From an uncultured Anaerolineae bacterium (GTDB taxonomy: Bacteria > Chloroflexota > Anaerolineae > VGOG01): DNA of 64,000 nucleotides. The translations under genes were made by a program, and so were the position numbers. Below the pieces are notes generated by a model. The model was not told where the DNA came from and ran no database searches. It saw nothing but the letters and a program-made list of their open reading frames with translations. The stretch spans positions 5,029 through 69,028 of the forward strand of contig CAZEBW010000012.1 in NCBI GenBank assembly GCA_964510205.1, read 5' to 3'. Shown here piece by piece: positions 21,062-30,355 of this stretch (the stretch's first letter is position 1; every line of letters begins with the position of its first letter).

Positions 21062-22343
21062 GGAGTACCTCCTCTCGCAACGCGGCAGCTAATCTATCGG
21101 CTACCCTGTCCAGGTCCGCCAGATCCACACGATCCGTCTCTTCCTGCAAGGGTACCATCTCCGGCTCCGACACGACAGCCGTCTCAGTTGGAGGTGGCGG
21201 TTCGCGCCAAGTGTGAGCTTCTCTGTCCCAATCCGGGTGTCGCTTACGCAGTCTCTTGTATTGGCTGGTGCGGCTTCTCCCCCAGTCGCTCTCGTCTAGC
21301 TCAGCGTTTGTCCAACGGGGAAAACCTTCCAACTGCATTCGCTGGACGAAATCAGCGATGTCTGCTTCTAGACTGTCATCCGAGTCCTTTGGTGCCGCTT
21401 CCTCTTGAGTCTCCTCGGGTGGCATCCGGCTCACTAAGGCATGAACACCCCAATAGAAGTCACGCACGTATGGCTTAGCCAGGCCGAAGCCGCTGGTCCG
21501 CTTGGCCGAAAAGCCCACGGTCCGAAACATGGCCTCCAAGCCTCCTGCTATTTGCTGCAGGTGATGACCTACCTCGGCTTTGTAGTCTGTCCAGGGTAAC
21601 CCCGCTCTATCAAAGGGTACGTACAGCAAGGAAAAGACGCCTCGTGCGCCAGCCGGCACGCATTCCAGGCTAAAGGGGTCCCGCCCGCTCCCACTCTCTC
21701 GATCATGTGGGTTGAGCATCTCCAACTCCAAGGCATCGAAGTGGGTGGGATAGAACCGTAAGCGTCCGGCGCGGAAATAGCCATCGGGCACAGTTCCTTC
21801 TGGACGTGGTGGCCCAAACAGCAAACAGAAGTCGTCATTCTCTTGGTCGCCATTTTGCCAGCGCATAGCTGCCCGCAGATTTCCTTTCCACCCGCTGCCT
21901 CCGAGCATCGGCACCTTGAAAGCCCACTCCTTGCGCAAGGGGTTGTCGTGAGGATAAAATGGTGCATCGTCCTTGCTGATGAAAGGCTCTTGTAGTGTGA
22001 ATCGGAATTGCAGAGCGAATGATCCCATTGGCAATGTCCCCAGCACACCGGCATCCAAGCGCGGCCGCAGCAGTCCCAGACAACGCAGACGTCTCTGCTC
22101 AGAGGCGATCAAGTCGCCAGTGTAAGGTGTAGGACCTTGCGTTCGATGAACTATTTCCCTGTAGTGTCTACGTTCTTTAGCCCAATCAGAATCCGGAAGT
22201 GAAGTGAGGGCCTGAATCTGGGACAGTAGCCTCAGTTGCCCATAGCGATCCCGGACTTCGCTGAAGGCGTCTTCTCGTCCTATCAGGGCATCAGCATCTC
22301 TCTCTCCCCTGATCACAAATGTAGCGTGCCAATCGTAGCTCAT
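21054..22343 (-). CDS. type III RAMP, Cmr6-like (Cas7 family), with C-terminal extension
   Basis: KVPMLGGSGWKGNLRAAMR (G-rich loop-type motif) and FGLAKP; start MSYDW at 22343 with AGGAGG RBS. Confidence 0.55.
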   Translation of the reverse strand: MSYDWHATFVIRGERDADALIGREDAFSEVRDRYGQLRLLSQIQALTSLPDSDWAKERRHYREIVHRTQGPTPYTGDLIASEQRRLRCLGLLRPRLDAGVLGTLPMGSFALQFRFTLQEPFISKDDAPFYPHDNPLRKEWAFKVPMLGGSGWKGNLRAAMRWQNGDQENDDFCLLFGPPRPEGTVPDGYFRAGRLRFYPTHFDALELEMLNPHDRESGSGRDPFSLECVPAGARGVFSLLYVPFDRAGLPWTDYKAEVGHHLQQIAGGLEAMFRTVGFSAKRTSGFGLAKPYVRDFYWGVHALVSRMPPEETQEEAAPKDSDDSLEADIADFVQRMQLEGFPRWTNAELDESDWGRSRTSQYKRLRKRHPDWDREAHTWREPPPPTETAVVSEPEMVPLQEETDRVDLADLDRVADRLAAALREEVLHE

Positions 22344-22354
22344 ATCTCCTCCTT

Positions 22355-23497
22355 TCACACTAGCAGGCTAGTCAAGAACGTCCCTACGTTTCCTATGCAG
22401 GATACCGTATCGCGGGATGAGTTGAACTCACGCCAGACAATGGAAGTCAAGTCCACCAATGGTGGAGCGCCGAAAACATCTCGCCAGAAAGCCGAGCTAT
22501 GCAACAACATGTGCAGATCGTTCAGGAATGCATCTCGATCGAAGTCCCGTCTATGTCGCGGCAGCCAGCCCCATACCCGGAAAGGCCACTGCCCGTCATC
22601 TGGATAAGCGCCCGAGATGTTTATTTTGGCTTTGCGACGTTGCCGGCCAATGTGCCCCCAAATGTGCCGTTGATTTCCCCAAGTGGCTGCAAAGGCATTG
22701 CTCCCGTAGCGAAGTTGGTTCTTCACCGCAGGTGCAATTGAAACAGATCCAGGGCTCCCTCCCCCCCATCGCTCCAGAGTGGTAGCATGAGCACCCAAAA
22801 GAGGACGCCTATCTGAATTTGTTCGCGTCCACCACTGGTCGGCAGCATCGGCCACCAGCCGGAAGCGGGCAAAGAAGAAATCGGTCAGGGACGGGAGCGG
22901 CCCCCTATACAATGTACCAGTCGAGTAGTGGGTCAGGAACTTAGCTAAGTCTACAGTGACCGGTTGATCATCCTTTTCGGCCTTGATCCTCACTACGCCG
23001 TAACCGTGCTGGGTTCGAGCTCCTATGCCTCCCCAGGTTGCGGCCAGTTGCATGGTTACCAGCACTCTGTTGGCTACATCATCTTGATCACCGCGTAGCA
23101 CGATCAATCGCCCGTTGACACCCGTGTCCTCTGTGGCGAGCCGACCGGCTCCATAGAACCAACCAGTTCTGCGGCCTGGGGGTTTGAATCTGCACCAATC
23201 TTGCTTATCCCGTTGGGGATAGGCGAGTTGCCCGGTATCCAGTTGCAGGCGAAACTTCCGCCCCCAGCCGGTGCAACCGAATAGATCGCAGGCCACACAA
23301 TGCTCCCGATCTGCACATTGGTTTCCTCCTGGCACCGTCGGGTCACATGCATCCTCCCCCAGCCCCCGCACAATGGCCTCGTACCACCACCGCAGGCTGC
23401 CGATGATGCCCGTCTCGTGCACGCGGTCGCAGGTGCCGTCCACCCCGCCCGTCCACAGCGGGGTCAATGTATGCAGCTTGATCTCCATAGACCTCAC
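22355..23497 (-). CDS. cmr1: Cmr1-like RAMP
   Basis: LTPLWTGG...GSLRWWYEA (Cmr1 WW signature) and CVACDLFGC zinc motif; GTG start. Confidence 0.7.
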   Translation of the reverse strand: MRSMEIKLHTLTPLWTGGVDGTCDRVHETGIIGSLRWWYEAIVRGLGEDACDPTVPGGNQCADREHCVACDLFGCTGWGRKFRLQLDTGQLAYPQRDKQDWCRFKPPGRRTGWFYGAGRLATEDTGVNGRLIVLRGDQDDVANRVLVTMQLAATWGGIGARTQHGYGVVRIKAEKDDQPVTVDLAKFLTHYSTGTLYRGPLPSLTDFFFARFRLVADAADQWWTRTNSDRRPLLGAHATTLERWGGGSPGSVSIAPAVKNQLRYGSNAFAATWGNQRHIWGHIGRQRRKAKINISGAYPDDGQWPFRVWGWLPRHRRDFDRDAFLNDLHMLLHSSAFWRDVFGAPPLVDLTSIVWREFNSSRDTVSCIGNVGTFLTSLLV

Positions 23498-23524
23498 CTC
23501 CTGTTAGTCAAACCCTCGCTGCCT

Positions 23525-23575
23525 GAAAGAAAACAAAACCGCCAACGCAGGGACCCACTGTCCCCTAACGTTGGC
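23525..23575 (-). terminator. terminator-like hairpin in the cmr1 5' leader (possible attenuator)
   Basis: minus-strand CCGCCAACG...CGUUGGCGG stem followed by UUUUGUUUUCUUUC, about 30 nt upstream of the cmr1 RBS. Confidence 0.5.
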
Positions 23576-23668
23576 GGCTGTAAACAATCCTCATGATGCT
23601 GCTCCCGGAATAACTAAAACCTCTCCGTGTCACCCAGCCATCCGAGCATCAGACCTCAAATCCACTCC

Positions 23669-23696
23669 ATTATCGCACAGCTTTGCGAAAAGGTCA
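23669..23696 (-). promoter_or_regulatory. putative sigma70 promoter for the cmr operon
   Basis: minus-strand TTGACC-16/17-GATAAT. Confidence 0.4.
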
Positions 23697-23949
23697 AGTT
23701 GCTAACGGCGATTCGCGGCAACCAAAGAGCCGCTGCGAGAGGTGTTCACGGAGGCGCTGCTTGGTTGACGGGGAGCGACCGCTGCGTTTCTGCGGCCTGG
23801 AGGCCACTATTCGGTGCAACGCTGTCTCAAGCTGAATCAGCAGCCCTTGGGGATCATATCGTGTCTGCATAATAGTTGGGAGCCTCCAGGCGTTCCTTGA
23901 CCAATCACCCTGCTCTACCTCTGCGGAGCGGGGAGCATTAGGGGCCCCG

Positions 23950-24336
23950 CTATCCCTTAGTGAGGTTGAAACCTGCCTTGAACCAATGACGCCTCTCCCG
24001 CTCCAGACGGTTGCCGAAGAGGTGAGATAGATCAATGGGCTTGTTTCCCACAAACATCCTCGGCCCTCCGGCCTCTTCCAGGCTGGCTCGCACCGGGAAG
24101 ACGATGAACGGCCTCTGGCGGCCCATGTAGTCGTTGCGCATCGCCAGCAGATTTCGCATCACCTTCGCCGTCTCGAGCGTATCTCGAGCTTCGTCCAGCA
24201 CCGCGTCCAGGCCATGCACGCGCAGCGATTGGGGCAGCGGTTCTCTGCGCTTCACGCGGCGCAGAAACTCGATCAGCCCCATCGTCTCCTGGCACCGAAA
24301 CTCGTCTTTGTCCTGTTCGATCAGGTTGTAGCTCAT
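23950..24336 (-). CDS. hypothetical protein
   Basis: 128-aa ORF, co-oriented within the island; no motif recognised. Confidence 0.35.
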   Translation of the reverse strand: MSYNLIEQDKDEFRCQETMGLIEFLRRVKRREPLPQSLRVHGLDAVLDEARDTLETAKVMRNLLAMRNDYMGRQRPFIVFPVRASLEEAGGPRMFVGNKPIDLSHLFGNRLERERRHWFKAGFNLTKG

Positions 24337-24420
24337 CGCTTCTGCGCCTCAGGGTTCTCCACAATCGCCATTTGAACCCAACTGCGGATCCGTGTGGAGT
24401 GGCAAAATGATACGAGGGAG

Positions 24421-25146
24421 TTACATTACATTCCGGGACAACTCTGATCCTGTTGGACAGAATTCAAGCAGGGGACACTCACTACATCGCGGATTTCTGG
24501 GCGAACAATAGTTCCTACCAAGAAGAACCATTCCAACATGCAAATCTCGTCTCAGATACTCGGGAATCTTCTCTTGGAGCTCGTCGGCTTGACGCTCCGT
24601 GAGATAGATGTCGCTAGGCGTCCATCCGAGTCTATGTGCGACTCTACGGCAGTGGACGTCTACGGGAAAGACGGCGCGATTGAGCGCATACATCAACACA
24701 CACCTCGCAGTCTTAATACTGACACCTGGCAGGGAAGTTAGAAACTTCTCCGCCTCCTCTATCTCCATCTGTTTGAGGGGTGCTAAAGTAACCCGTCCGT
24801 GTTTCTCTTTAAGCTCCGAAGCGATCTTCGTGATGGCATGCGCTTTTTTGTTGTGTAAGCCCCCCTGTTCAATAGTCTTTGCTACGTATTCTGGGCGGGC
24901 CTCCGCGATACTGTTCGCCGTCTTGAACTCGCGCCGCAGCGAGCGATAGGTTTCCTGGTAAACGTCGGGGGGGGTACGGGAAGAAAGGATGATGTAGAGC
25001 AACTCATTGAACGGGTTCTTCTTGTTGCCCAACGTCGGTCGCCCGAACTCTTGCACGAGGGCTTCTGTTATCTCCTCTACGTGAGGGTGGAAACAATTAC
25101 TGTCATTGTTCACGCTTCTGTCCTCAACGGCGAACAGGGTCTTCAT
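24421..25146 (-). CDS. endonuclease III family HhH-GPD DNA glycosylase (Nth/Mig-like)
   Basis: HhH LPGVSIKTARCVL with catalytic Lys, VDVHCRRV Asp motif, and 4Fe-4S loop C-x6-C-x2-C-x5-C (CSPRNPRCSECPLLEFC). Confidence 0.8.
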   Translation of the reverse strand: MKTLFAVEDRSVNNDSNCFHPHVEEITEALVQEFGRPTLGNKKNPFNELLYIILSSRTPPDVYQETYRSLRREFKTANSIAEARPEYVAKTIEQGGLHNKKAHAITKIASELKEKHGRVTLAPLKQMEIEEAEKFLTSLPGVSIKTARCVLMYALNRAVFPVDVHCRRVAHRLGWTPSDIYLTERQADELQEKIPEYLRRDLHVGMVLLGRNYCSPRNPRCSECPLLEFCPTGSELSRNVM

Positions 25147-25152
25147 GCGAAA

Positions 25153-25824
25153 CTATGTGGATGACCACTTCATCCAGGTGTCGAGCCTGTCCAAGTGAGA
25201 CTTGAGGTCGAATATCTGGTGCTCGGTGTAAAAGGTCCAACAATACCTTTTCCCGTATAGGCTCAGGAGCAGGCAAAGCACGAGGGTAACTGGATCGTCG
25301 GCAGTCAGCGGGAAGGACGGTTGTGTCTCAGGAAGCCAACTCGGACATTCGACAGGTGGGCCGTAGCCCAAGCTCCGAATGAGCTGTGCGTGATAGAAAT
25401 CGTGGCGACCTACCTCTTTCCTCTCGTCCCCGTGAGGGCTTTCCAGGCGAAATCCAACACCACAGAGGTTTCCCTCGTTCCCATCACTGGAGATCAACAT
25501 GACTTTCATTGTCATCTTCGTTTTCGTCTCACCCAGGTTGCACCGCAGCGACAGGACCGGAACGAACTCGGGGTTCTTTTCCAACCGTGGCAGGTACAAG
25601 ACCTTGCTTCGCTCGGAGAAATCTACCTCGACTGCTTCGGAATCCGGAAACAGATTGGCCAACTCTGTCTCCCCAATGGGGGGCAGACTATTAATGAGCG
25701 TGCTCCAGGCTTTCAAAGCCCCGGCGGACGGTTTCCACCTCGGCTGTTGACGAATCCAGGCATTTTCCTGTATTCGACATAACGCTTCGAATAGTTGGCG
25801 CAGCGTACCGACAGTTTTCCGCAT
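25153..25824 (-). CDS. hypothetical protein
   Basis: 223-aa ORF; no motif recognised. Confidence 0.4.
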   Translation of the reverse strand: MRKTVGTLRQLFEALCRIQENAWIRQQPRWKPSAGALKAWSTLINSLPPIGETELANLFPDSEAVEVDFSERSKVLYLPRLEKNPEFVPVLSLRCNLGETKTKMTMKVMLISSDGNEGNLCGVGFRLESPHGDERKEVGRHDFYHAQLIRSLGYGPPVECPSWLPETQPSFPLTADDPVTLVLCLLLSLYGKRYCWTFYTEHQIFDLKSHLDRLDTWMKWSST

Positions 25825-25845
25825 AGAGCAGCCACCAAGAAATAT

Positions 25846-27036
25846 CTACAGGGAAAATCGCACTTTGGGGCGACAATCGACGCCTTTAAAGTCTTTTACG
25901 AACCTACGGGCAAACGGCGACTCTACATCTGCGACGAATTCCCTGTACCCTTCCTCGTAGAACCGAGAGGCATCTTCACAGAACACCCAACCGGGTCTTT
26001 CCATCTTCCAAGGTTCTCTCACTTCCAGGACGTCTTGACATTCTCGCAATTCGTCCCAGAACCAGACCGGCCGTGACAACCAATGATCTTTCTTCAACCG
26101 AAACGGCTCAATGAGGTCTGTCCTCAATCCGAGATCCTCGTGACTGACCAGCCGTGCTGTCCTGTTCCAGGTCTCAATGTCCATAGCATCGCCAGCCATT
26201 AGGCTTGGGTACCTCGAGACCAAATGCGGCGCATCCACTAGGATGTCCTGCTCGGGAAGCACGAGTCGCTCCAACCACTTCGAGATCCGCGCCGCACCGA
26301 CTCTAGCCAAGACGTCTTCACTCACGCCGACTGCGTTCGGTACATCCTTTCGTTCTAACCCGTTGCCAGATTCCGTGACGAACTGTCGGAACGTCGTCTC
26401 CGAAGGCTTAGCTCCCAAGAACTCACCGATGGAGCGTGGGAGCATATCGAACATCTCGGAGGTAAGACCAACAACCTGGCAGATGGGCATATCCGCGGTC
26501 AAGCTTTCCTTGACGTCTTCGACTTTCTTATCGAAATCACGAAGGTATTCGGGCAAGATCGGCCAATGCCACGGCCGGAAACTTGCTTCCGTAGCTTTCG
26601 TAACTCTCCAAAGACCGGGATTGCCCAGTTGTTCTCCTCCTACGTACAAGTCCGTGAACGGTTGCAGCTCTCCCCGTAGAGTGAGATCGAAAGCGTTGTC
26701 GCCGTATCGATATCCTACGATCAGACCGCAACTCGAGAAACAACGAGCGAGGTAAGCGACGACGTCACCGTTCGAGAAAGCGATAGCTTCGAACAGGTCG
26801 TAATCCACGACTAATATGGATGCATCGTCCACAGAGATCCGTTCGCCATCCTCCCAAGTACCGTCTTTCCGAAACGCATGCCGCCTATCTTGTAGGATTT
26901 TCATCGAGTCTATCAACTCTTGGTTTTCAGGGGTCTCGATTTCGAAGGTATCCCTCACGACGGTCAAACTCTCGAGGAATTCTCGGACCCTACCCCTGAA
27001 ACCCGGCTCGTCATCGTATATCAGGATCTTCCTCAT
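25846..27036 (-). CDS. receiver (CheY-like)-like N-terminal domain fused to an about 300-aa domain of unknown function
   Basis: MRKILIYDDEP... with acidic pair and candidate phospho-Asp (ILVVDYDL); start ATG abuts the stop of the upstream kinase gene. Confidence 0.45.
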   Translation of the reverse strand: MRKILIYDDEPGFRGRVREFLESLTVVRDTFEIETPENQELIDSMKILQDRRHAFRKDGTWEDGERISVDDASILVVDYDLFEAIAFSNGDVVAYLARCFSSCGLIVGYRYGDNAFDLTLRGELQPFTDLYVGGEQLGNPGLWRVTKATEASFRPWHWPILPEYLRDFDKKVEDVKESLTADMPICQVVGLTSEMFDMLPRSIGEFLGAKPSETTFRQFVTESGNGLERKDVPNAVGVSEDVLARVGAARISKWLERLVLPEQDILVDAPHLVSRYPSLMAGDAMDIETWNRTARLVSHEDLGLRTDLIEPFRLKKDHWLSRPVWFWDELRECQDVLEVREPWKMERPGWVFCEDASRFYEEGYREFVADVESPFARRFVKDFKGVDCRPKVRFSL

Positions 27037-29192
27037 TTGGTTTCCCTCCAACTGAGCAAAAATGCGGTACTGAATCCCTCGTCCGGTTCGACGAAGCTGA
27101 CCCTGCAACCGATCCTCTCGGCCAACAAACGCACGATCGTCAGCCCAAGCCCTGTACCTCCGTAACCGAGAGCCCGCCTTTCCCGCGATATAGCCACTCC
27201 CCTCTCGAAAGGCTCGAAGAGTCTGTCCACATCTCGGAGATCGACTCCCAGTCCAGTGTCTTGTACGAGGATCTCACGGGACTTTCCCTTAGCACGGGAA
27301 CTCACTTGCAGTATCCGTTCCTCCGAATGCATCATGGCGTTGAAGGCATTGGTGAACACATTCTGGAAGAGCGCACTCCATTCGGCGAGTGAGGCTTCAG
27401 GTAATCGAAGATCCTCGTCGACTTTGCTCGTATCGATTTCAACACCCCTCGCGAGGAATGAAGTCTGTCTCTCGACCTCCTCAACCACTTCGGCAACACG
27501 AAACCGACGCTTCGTCTGAACGTTCTCGGCGTCCGCCAGGTAGTCGAAGAGTGCGTTGGTCGCTCTCGCCCTCTCTAACCACGAGGATAGATCCTCTCTC
27601 AACGAATCGAAGGATCGGCGAAGGCTGGCATCACTGGTTCGAACCTTTGCGATTCTTTCAATGATGCTCTCGATAGTAGAAAACTGCTTCCTCAACTCGT
27701 GTTGATATGCCAACGCAGAGATACCGGCCGTCGCCAGGGGACCCAGCATCCCCATCTGCCTGAGGGCCACTTCTTGACTGGCCGTCGCCGCAGTCGTGGC
27801 ATCTCGGATTCTCTCGTGAAGATCTCGATAGACGTCGTCGGGAATCCGTGGTTCGTAGTGTTCCAAGACTTGTTCGACGCGCTCGAACTTCAGAGACGTC
27901 GGTTCGACAGGAGCCTCCTTTAGTTTACGCTCGAACTGCCGGCGGGCTTCTTCGAAGGCGTACAAATCAAAGGCATATCGAACCATCGCTACGAGATCCC
28001 GAAACGCAGTGGTTTCCTCCAGGCGGTCTCGAGTGATCATAATGCGGAGGTTACGTTCTTGAGACGTATTGACGTTCACGACTCCAAAGATACGTCCCAG
28101 AGTCGGTAGGTACCTCAATCTTTGGGTTTCAGCATATTGGGCCTGGAGTTCCTTGGGCAAGAGTTCCGATGCGAACTTCCGATGAGCGTGGTCGAACTCA
28201 ATTCGCAACCAGTCGTTCTCCGGCGAACCGTACCAAGGTAGACGGAAGCCGCTGTCGTAGACGTGGACGCCTCCGTGCTTCCAGAAGTACTCTCGCGCCT
28301 CTCCGACTTTGATACCGTGAGGTTGTCGGTACTGCAACTTGAAGATCCTGATCTCGAAATTACCTTCGTTGAGGTTCTTCTTTTCGTCGAAGTGCCCGTC
28401 GTTGTGAGGAAAGTCGGCGACGTCGTAGGTATGAGTCTGGGGCGGCTCACCGGCGAATTCGAGCGAGAGAGAAACGCGTTCGCCTTCGTTCTCTCCGACG
28501 AGTCTAGCCGTCCAGATCTTCATGATCGCCCGAATTTGCTCTTCGAACACCTCCTCGAACTCACGTTGGGGCGACTGAAAATTGATTTCGAAACGCTCCT
28601 CGGGAGTGAGCGACGAAGAGCGGAAGGGGGGTTGCAGCCACCACAGCTCCCCTGCGAGCCCTTCGATCTCGTCCTCGCTCCACTCGTGCTTCAATCCACT
28701 CAAGACGATGGACGTTCCTTGCTCGAAGGGTGGAGGCGACGACTTCTCGGTGTAGAACACACTCGCGTCTACGAGGTCTCCCGCCTGCACGGCTTCTTCC
28801 CAATCGACGCTCGCTTCGAGCCACTTACCGTCGTGCTCCTTCGGCACGGTGGCTATCCTCAGGTTTCTAGCGAGGAACTGAACCGCGAGCCGCCCGATAC
28901 CCTTCGAACCGGTCATCGGTCTCTCCAGGTACTTCGATACCCGCTTCTCAGTTTTGTGAATCGTACCGATCCGCATCCAGAAGTCTCTGAATTCGCCGAA
29001 GGTCATGCCGTGGCCGTCGTCACGTACTTCGATGCGATCTTCCTCGGGAGCGAATTCGATCGTCGCTTCGAACGCATCCGCATCGTAGCTGTTTTTGACT
29101 AGCTCCGCCAGGGCAATGTGGGGTTTGCCCACGAGCCTCTCGCCGAGTTCCCTCAGCAGAGCGGCGTCTACCGTGAATTTCAAGTGTGGCAT
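27033..29192 (-). CDS. double-GHKL protein: N-terminal MORC/Hsp90-type ATPase plus C-terminal histidine kinase (HisKA-like H-box plus HATPase_c)
   Basis: N-terminus: ELVKNSYDADA (N box), DDGHGM, GSKGIGRLA; C-terminus: AYQHELRKQF (H-box), NVFTNAFNA, DTGLGV, FEPFERG, GYGGTGLGLTIV. Confidence 0.6.
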   Translation of the reverse strand: MPHLKFTVDAALLRELGERLVGKPHIALAELVKNSYDADAFEATIEFAPEEDRIEVRDDGHGMTFGEFRDFWMRIGTIHKTEKRVSKYLERPMTGSKGIGRLAVQFLARNLRIATVPKEHDGKWLEASVDWEEAVQAGDLVDASVFYTEKSSPPPFEQGTSIVLSGLKHEWSEDEIEGLAGELWWLQPPFRSSSLTPEERFEINFQSPQREFEEVFEEQIRAIMKIWTARLVGENEGERVSLSLEFAGEPPQTHTYDVADFPHNDGHFDEKKNLNEGNFEIRIFKLQYRQPHGIKVGEAREYFWKHGGVHVYDSGFRLPWYGSPENDWLRIEFDHAHRKFASELLPKELQAQYAETQRLRYLPTLGRIFGVVNVNTSQERNLRIMITRDRLEETTAFRDLVAMVRYAFDLYAFEEARRQFERKLKEAPVEPTSLKFERVEQVLEHYEPRIPDDVYRDLHERIRDATTAATASQEVALRQMGMLGPLATAGISALAYQHELRKQFSTIESIIERIAKVRTSDASLRRSFDSLREDLSSWLERARATNALFDYLADAENVQTKRRFRVAEVVEEVERQTSFLARGVEIDTSKVDEDLRLPEASLAEWSALFQNVFTNAFNAMMHSEERILQVSSRAKGKSREILVQDTGLGVDLRDVDRLFEPFERGVAISRERRALGYGGTGLGLTIVRLLAERIGCRVSFVEPDEGFSTAFLLSWRETK

Positions 29193-29210
29193 GGCTGAAG
29201 ATGCTCCATA

Positions 29211-30266
29211 TCAGTCGACGTGTGTTTCGAGGTGACGTTTGATACTCCTGGCGATGACCCTCCCCAACTCGACGGGGACCGCGTTCCCCACGAGTCTCCC
29301 AACGACACTGAAGTAAACGGGGTCTCCGGGGGCGACAAACTGGTAGTCTTCTGGAAAGGTCTGAAGCAGGGCGGCTTCTCGCAGCGATATCGCGCGGTCT
29401 TGCTCGGGATGTCCGAACCTACCGTTCCCGAAGCCATGACACTGAGCAGTGAGCGTAGGAGCCGGTTCGTCCCACGCCATCCTCCCGTAGACGCTGGCGT
29501 AACCCTGCCCGCTCTCTTTCTTGTGACATTCGGCGACGAGTTCTTCGGGCCAGTCTCTCCAGGTACCTCCAGGCACCGACGCCCTTATCCTACGCAAGTT
29601 CAACCCCGACAGACTGCTAGCCTTGTGGAGCGGGTCGCTCTCGCTGGTCTGCCCGGCCTCAAGCGGTTCGAGGTGACCGATGGCATCCCGGACGGTTCCG
29701 TATTCGTCGGGAGAGTGTGTCTCGTCCACGATCTCGACTTCACCGTACCTGGAAGCGAAGAGTACCAACCTGGTCCGGTGCTGGGGGATTCCGTAGTCTG
29801 GGCAATACACCTCCGGATACTCTGTGACGTGGTATCCCTTCTCCTTCAATCGGTCGACGAAGGCGCGGTAGACCTCTCCGTCCCTGAAGGTGGCCAGGTC
29901 GGGGACGTTCTCCATTGAGGCGACATCGGGTTCCACTTCACAGATCAGATCGGCGAACTTGGGGACTAGTCTCCACTTCTCGTCTTTGTCTTCCTTCTTC
30001 TTCGTGTAAGGTGAATAGGGTTGACAAGGCGCACATCCGACCAGAATCTTGACGTGTCCCTCCGGATAAAGCGCCACAATCTCTTCGGTGGTCATGTCTT
30101 CGACTCTCTCGTTTATGAACCGTGCGCCGTCGTTGTTTGCCTCGTACGGGTACTCGCAGGCTTCGTCGACGTCGATTCCTGCCACGACGTCGAACCCTTC
30201 CAAGATGAAACCGTGGGTCAACGCCCCAGCGCCACAGAACAAATCTATGACTGAACAATTCTCCAT
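29211..30266 (-). CDS. DNA (cytosine-5)-methyltransferase
   Basis: motif I DLFCGAGAL, motif IV GCAPCQPYS, motif VI ENV, C-terminal QTFPEDYQF. Confidence 0.9.
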   Translation of the reverse strand: MENCSVIDLFCGAGALTHGFILEGFDVVAGIDVDEACEYPYEANNDGARFINERVEDMTTEEIVALYPEGHVKILVGCAPCQPYSPYTKKKEDKDEKWRLVPKFADLICEVEPDVASMENVPDLATFRDGEVYRAFVDRLKEKGYHVTEYPEVYCPDYGIPQHRTRLVLFASRYGEVEIVDETHSPDEYGTVRDAIGHLEPLEAGQTSESDPLHKASSLSGLNLRRIRASVPGGTWRDWPEELVAECHKKESGQGYASVYGRMAWDEPAPTLTAQCHGFGNGRFGHPEQDRAISLREAALLQTFPEDYQFVAPGDPVYFSVVGRLVGNAVPVELGRVIARSIKRHLETHVD

Positions 30267-30355
30267 CTGTTAGGCTACCCCTACTCCAGTTTTCTTTGGC
30301 ATTCCGAATAAACGACTTACTTTGACTACAAGTATAACCCGCAGCGGCTTAGAAG

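Noticed and set aside
23525-23575. Hairpin as a simple terminator of gene 23950..24336
   Set aside because: It lies about 375 nt downstream of that gene's stop and downstream of a good promoter, so an attenuator reading is preferred; the plain-terminator reading is retained only as an alternative
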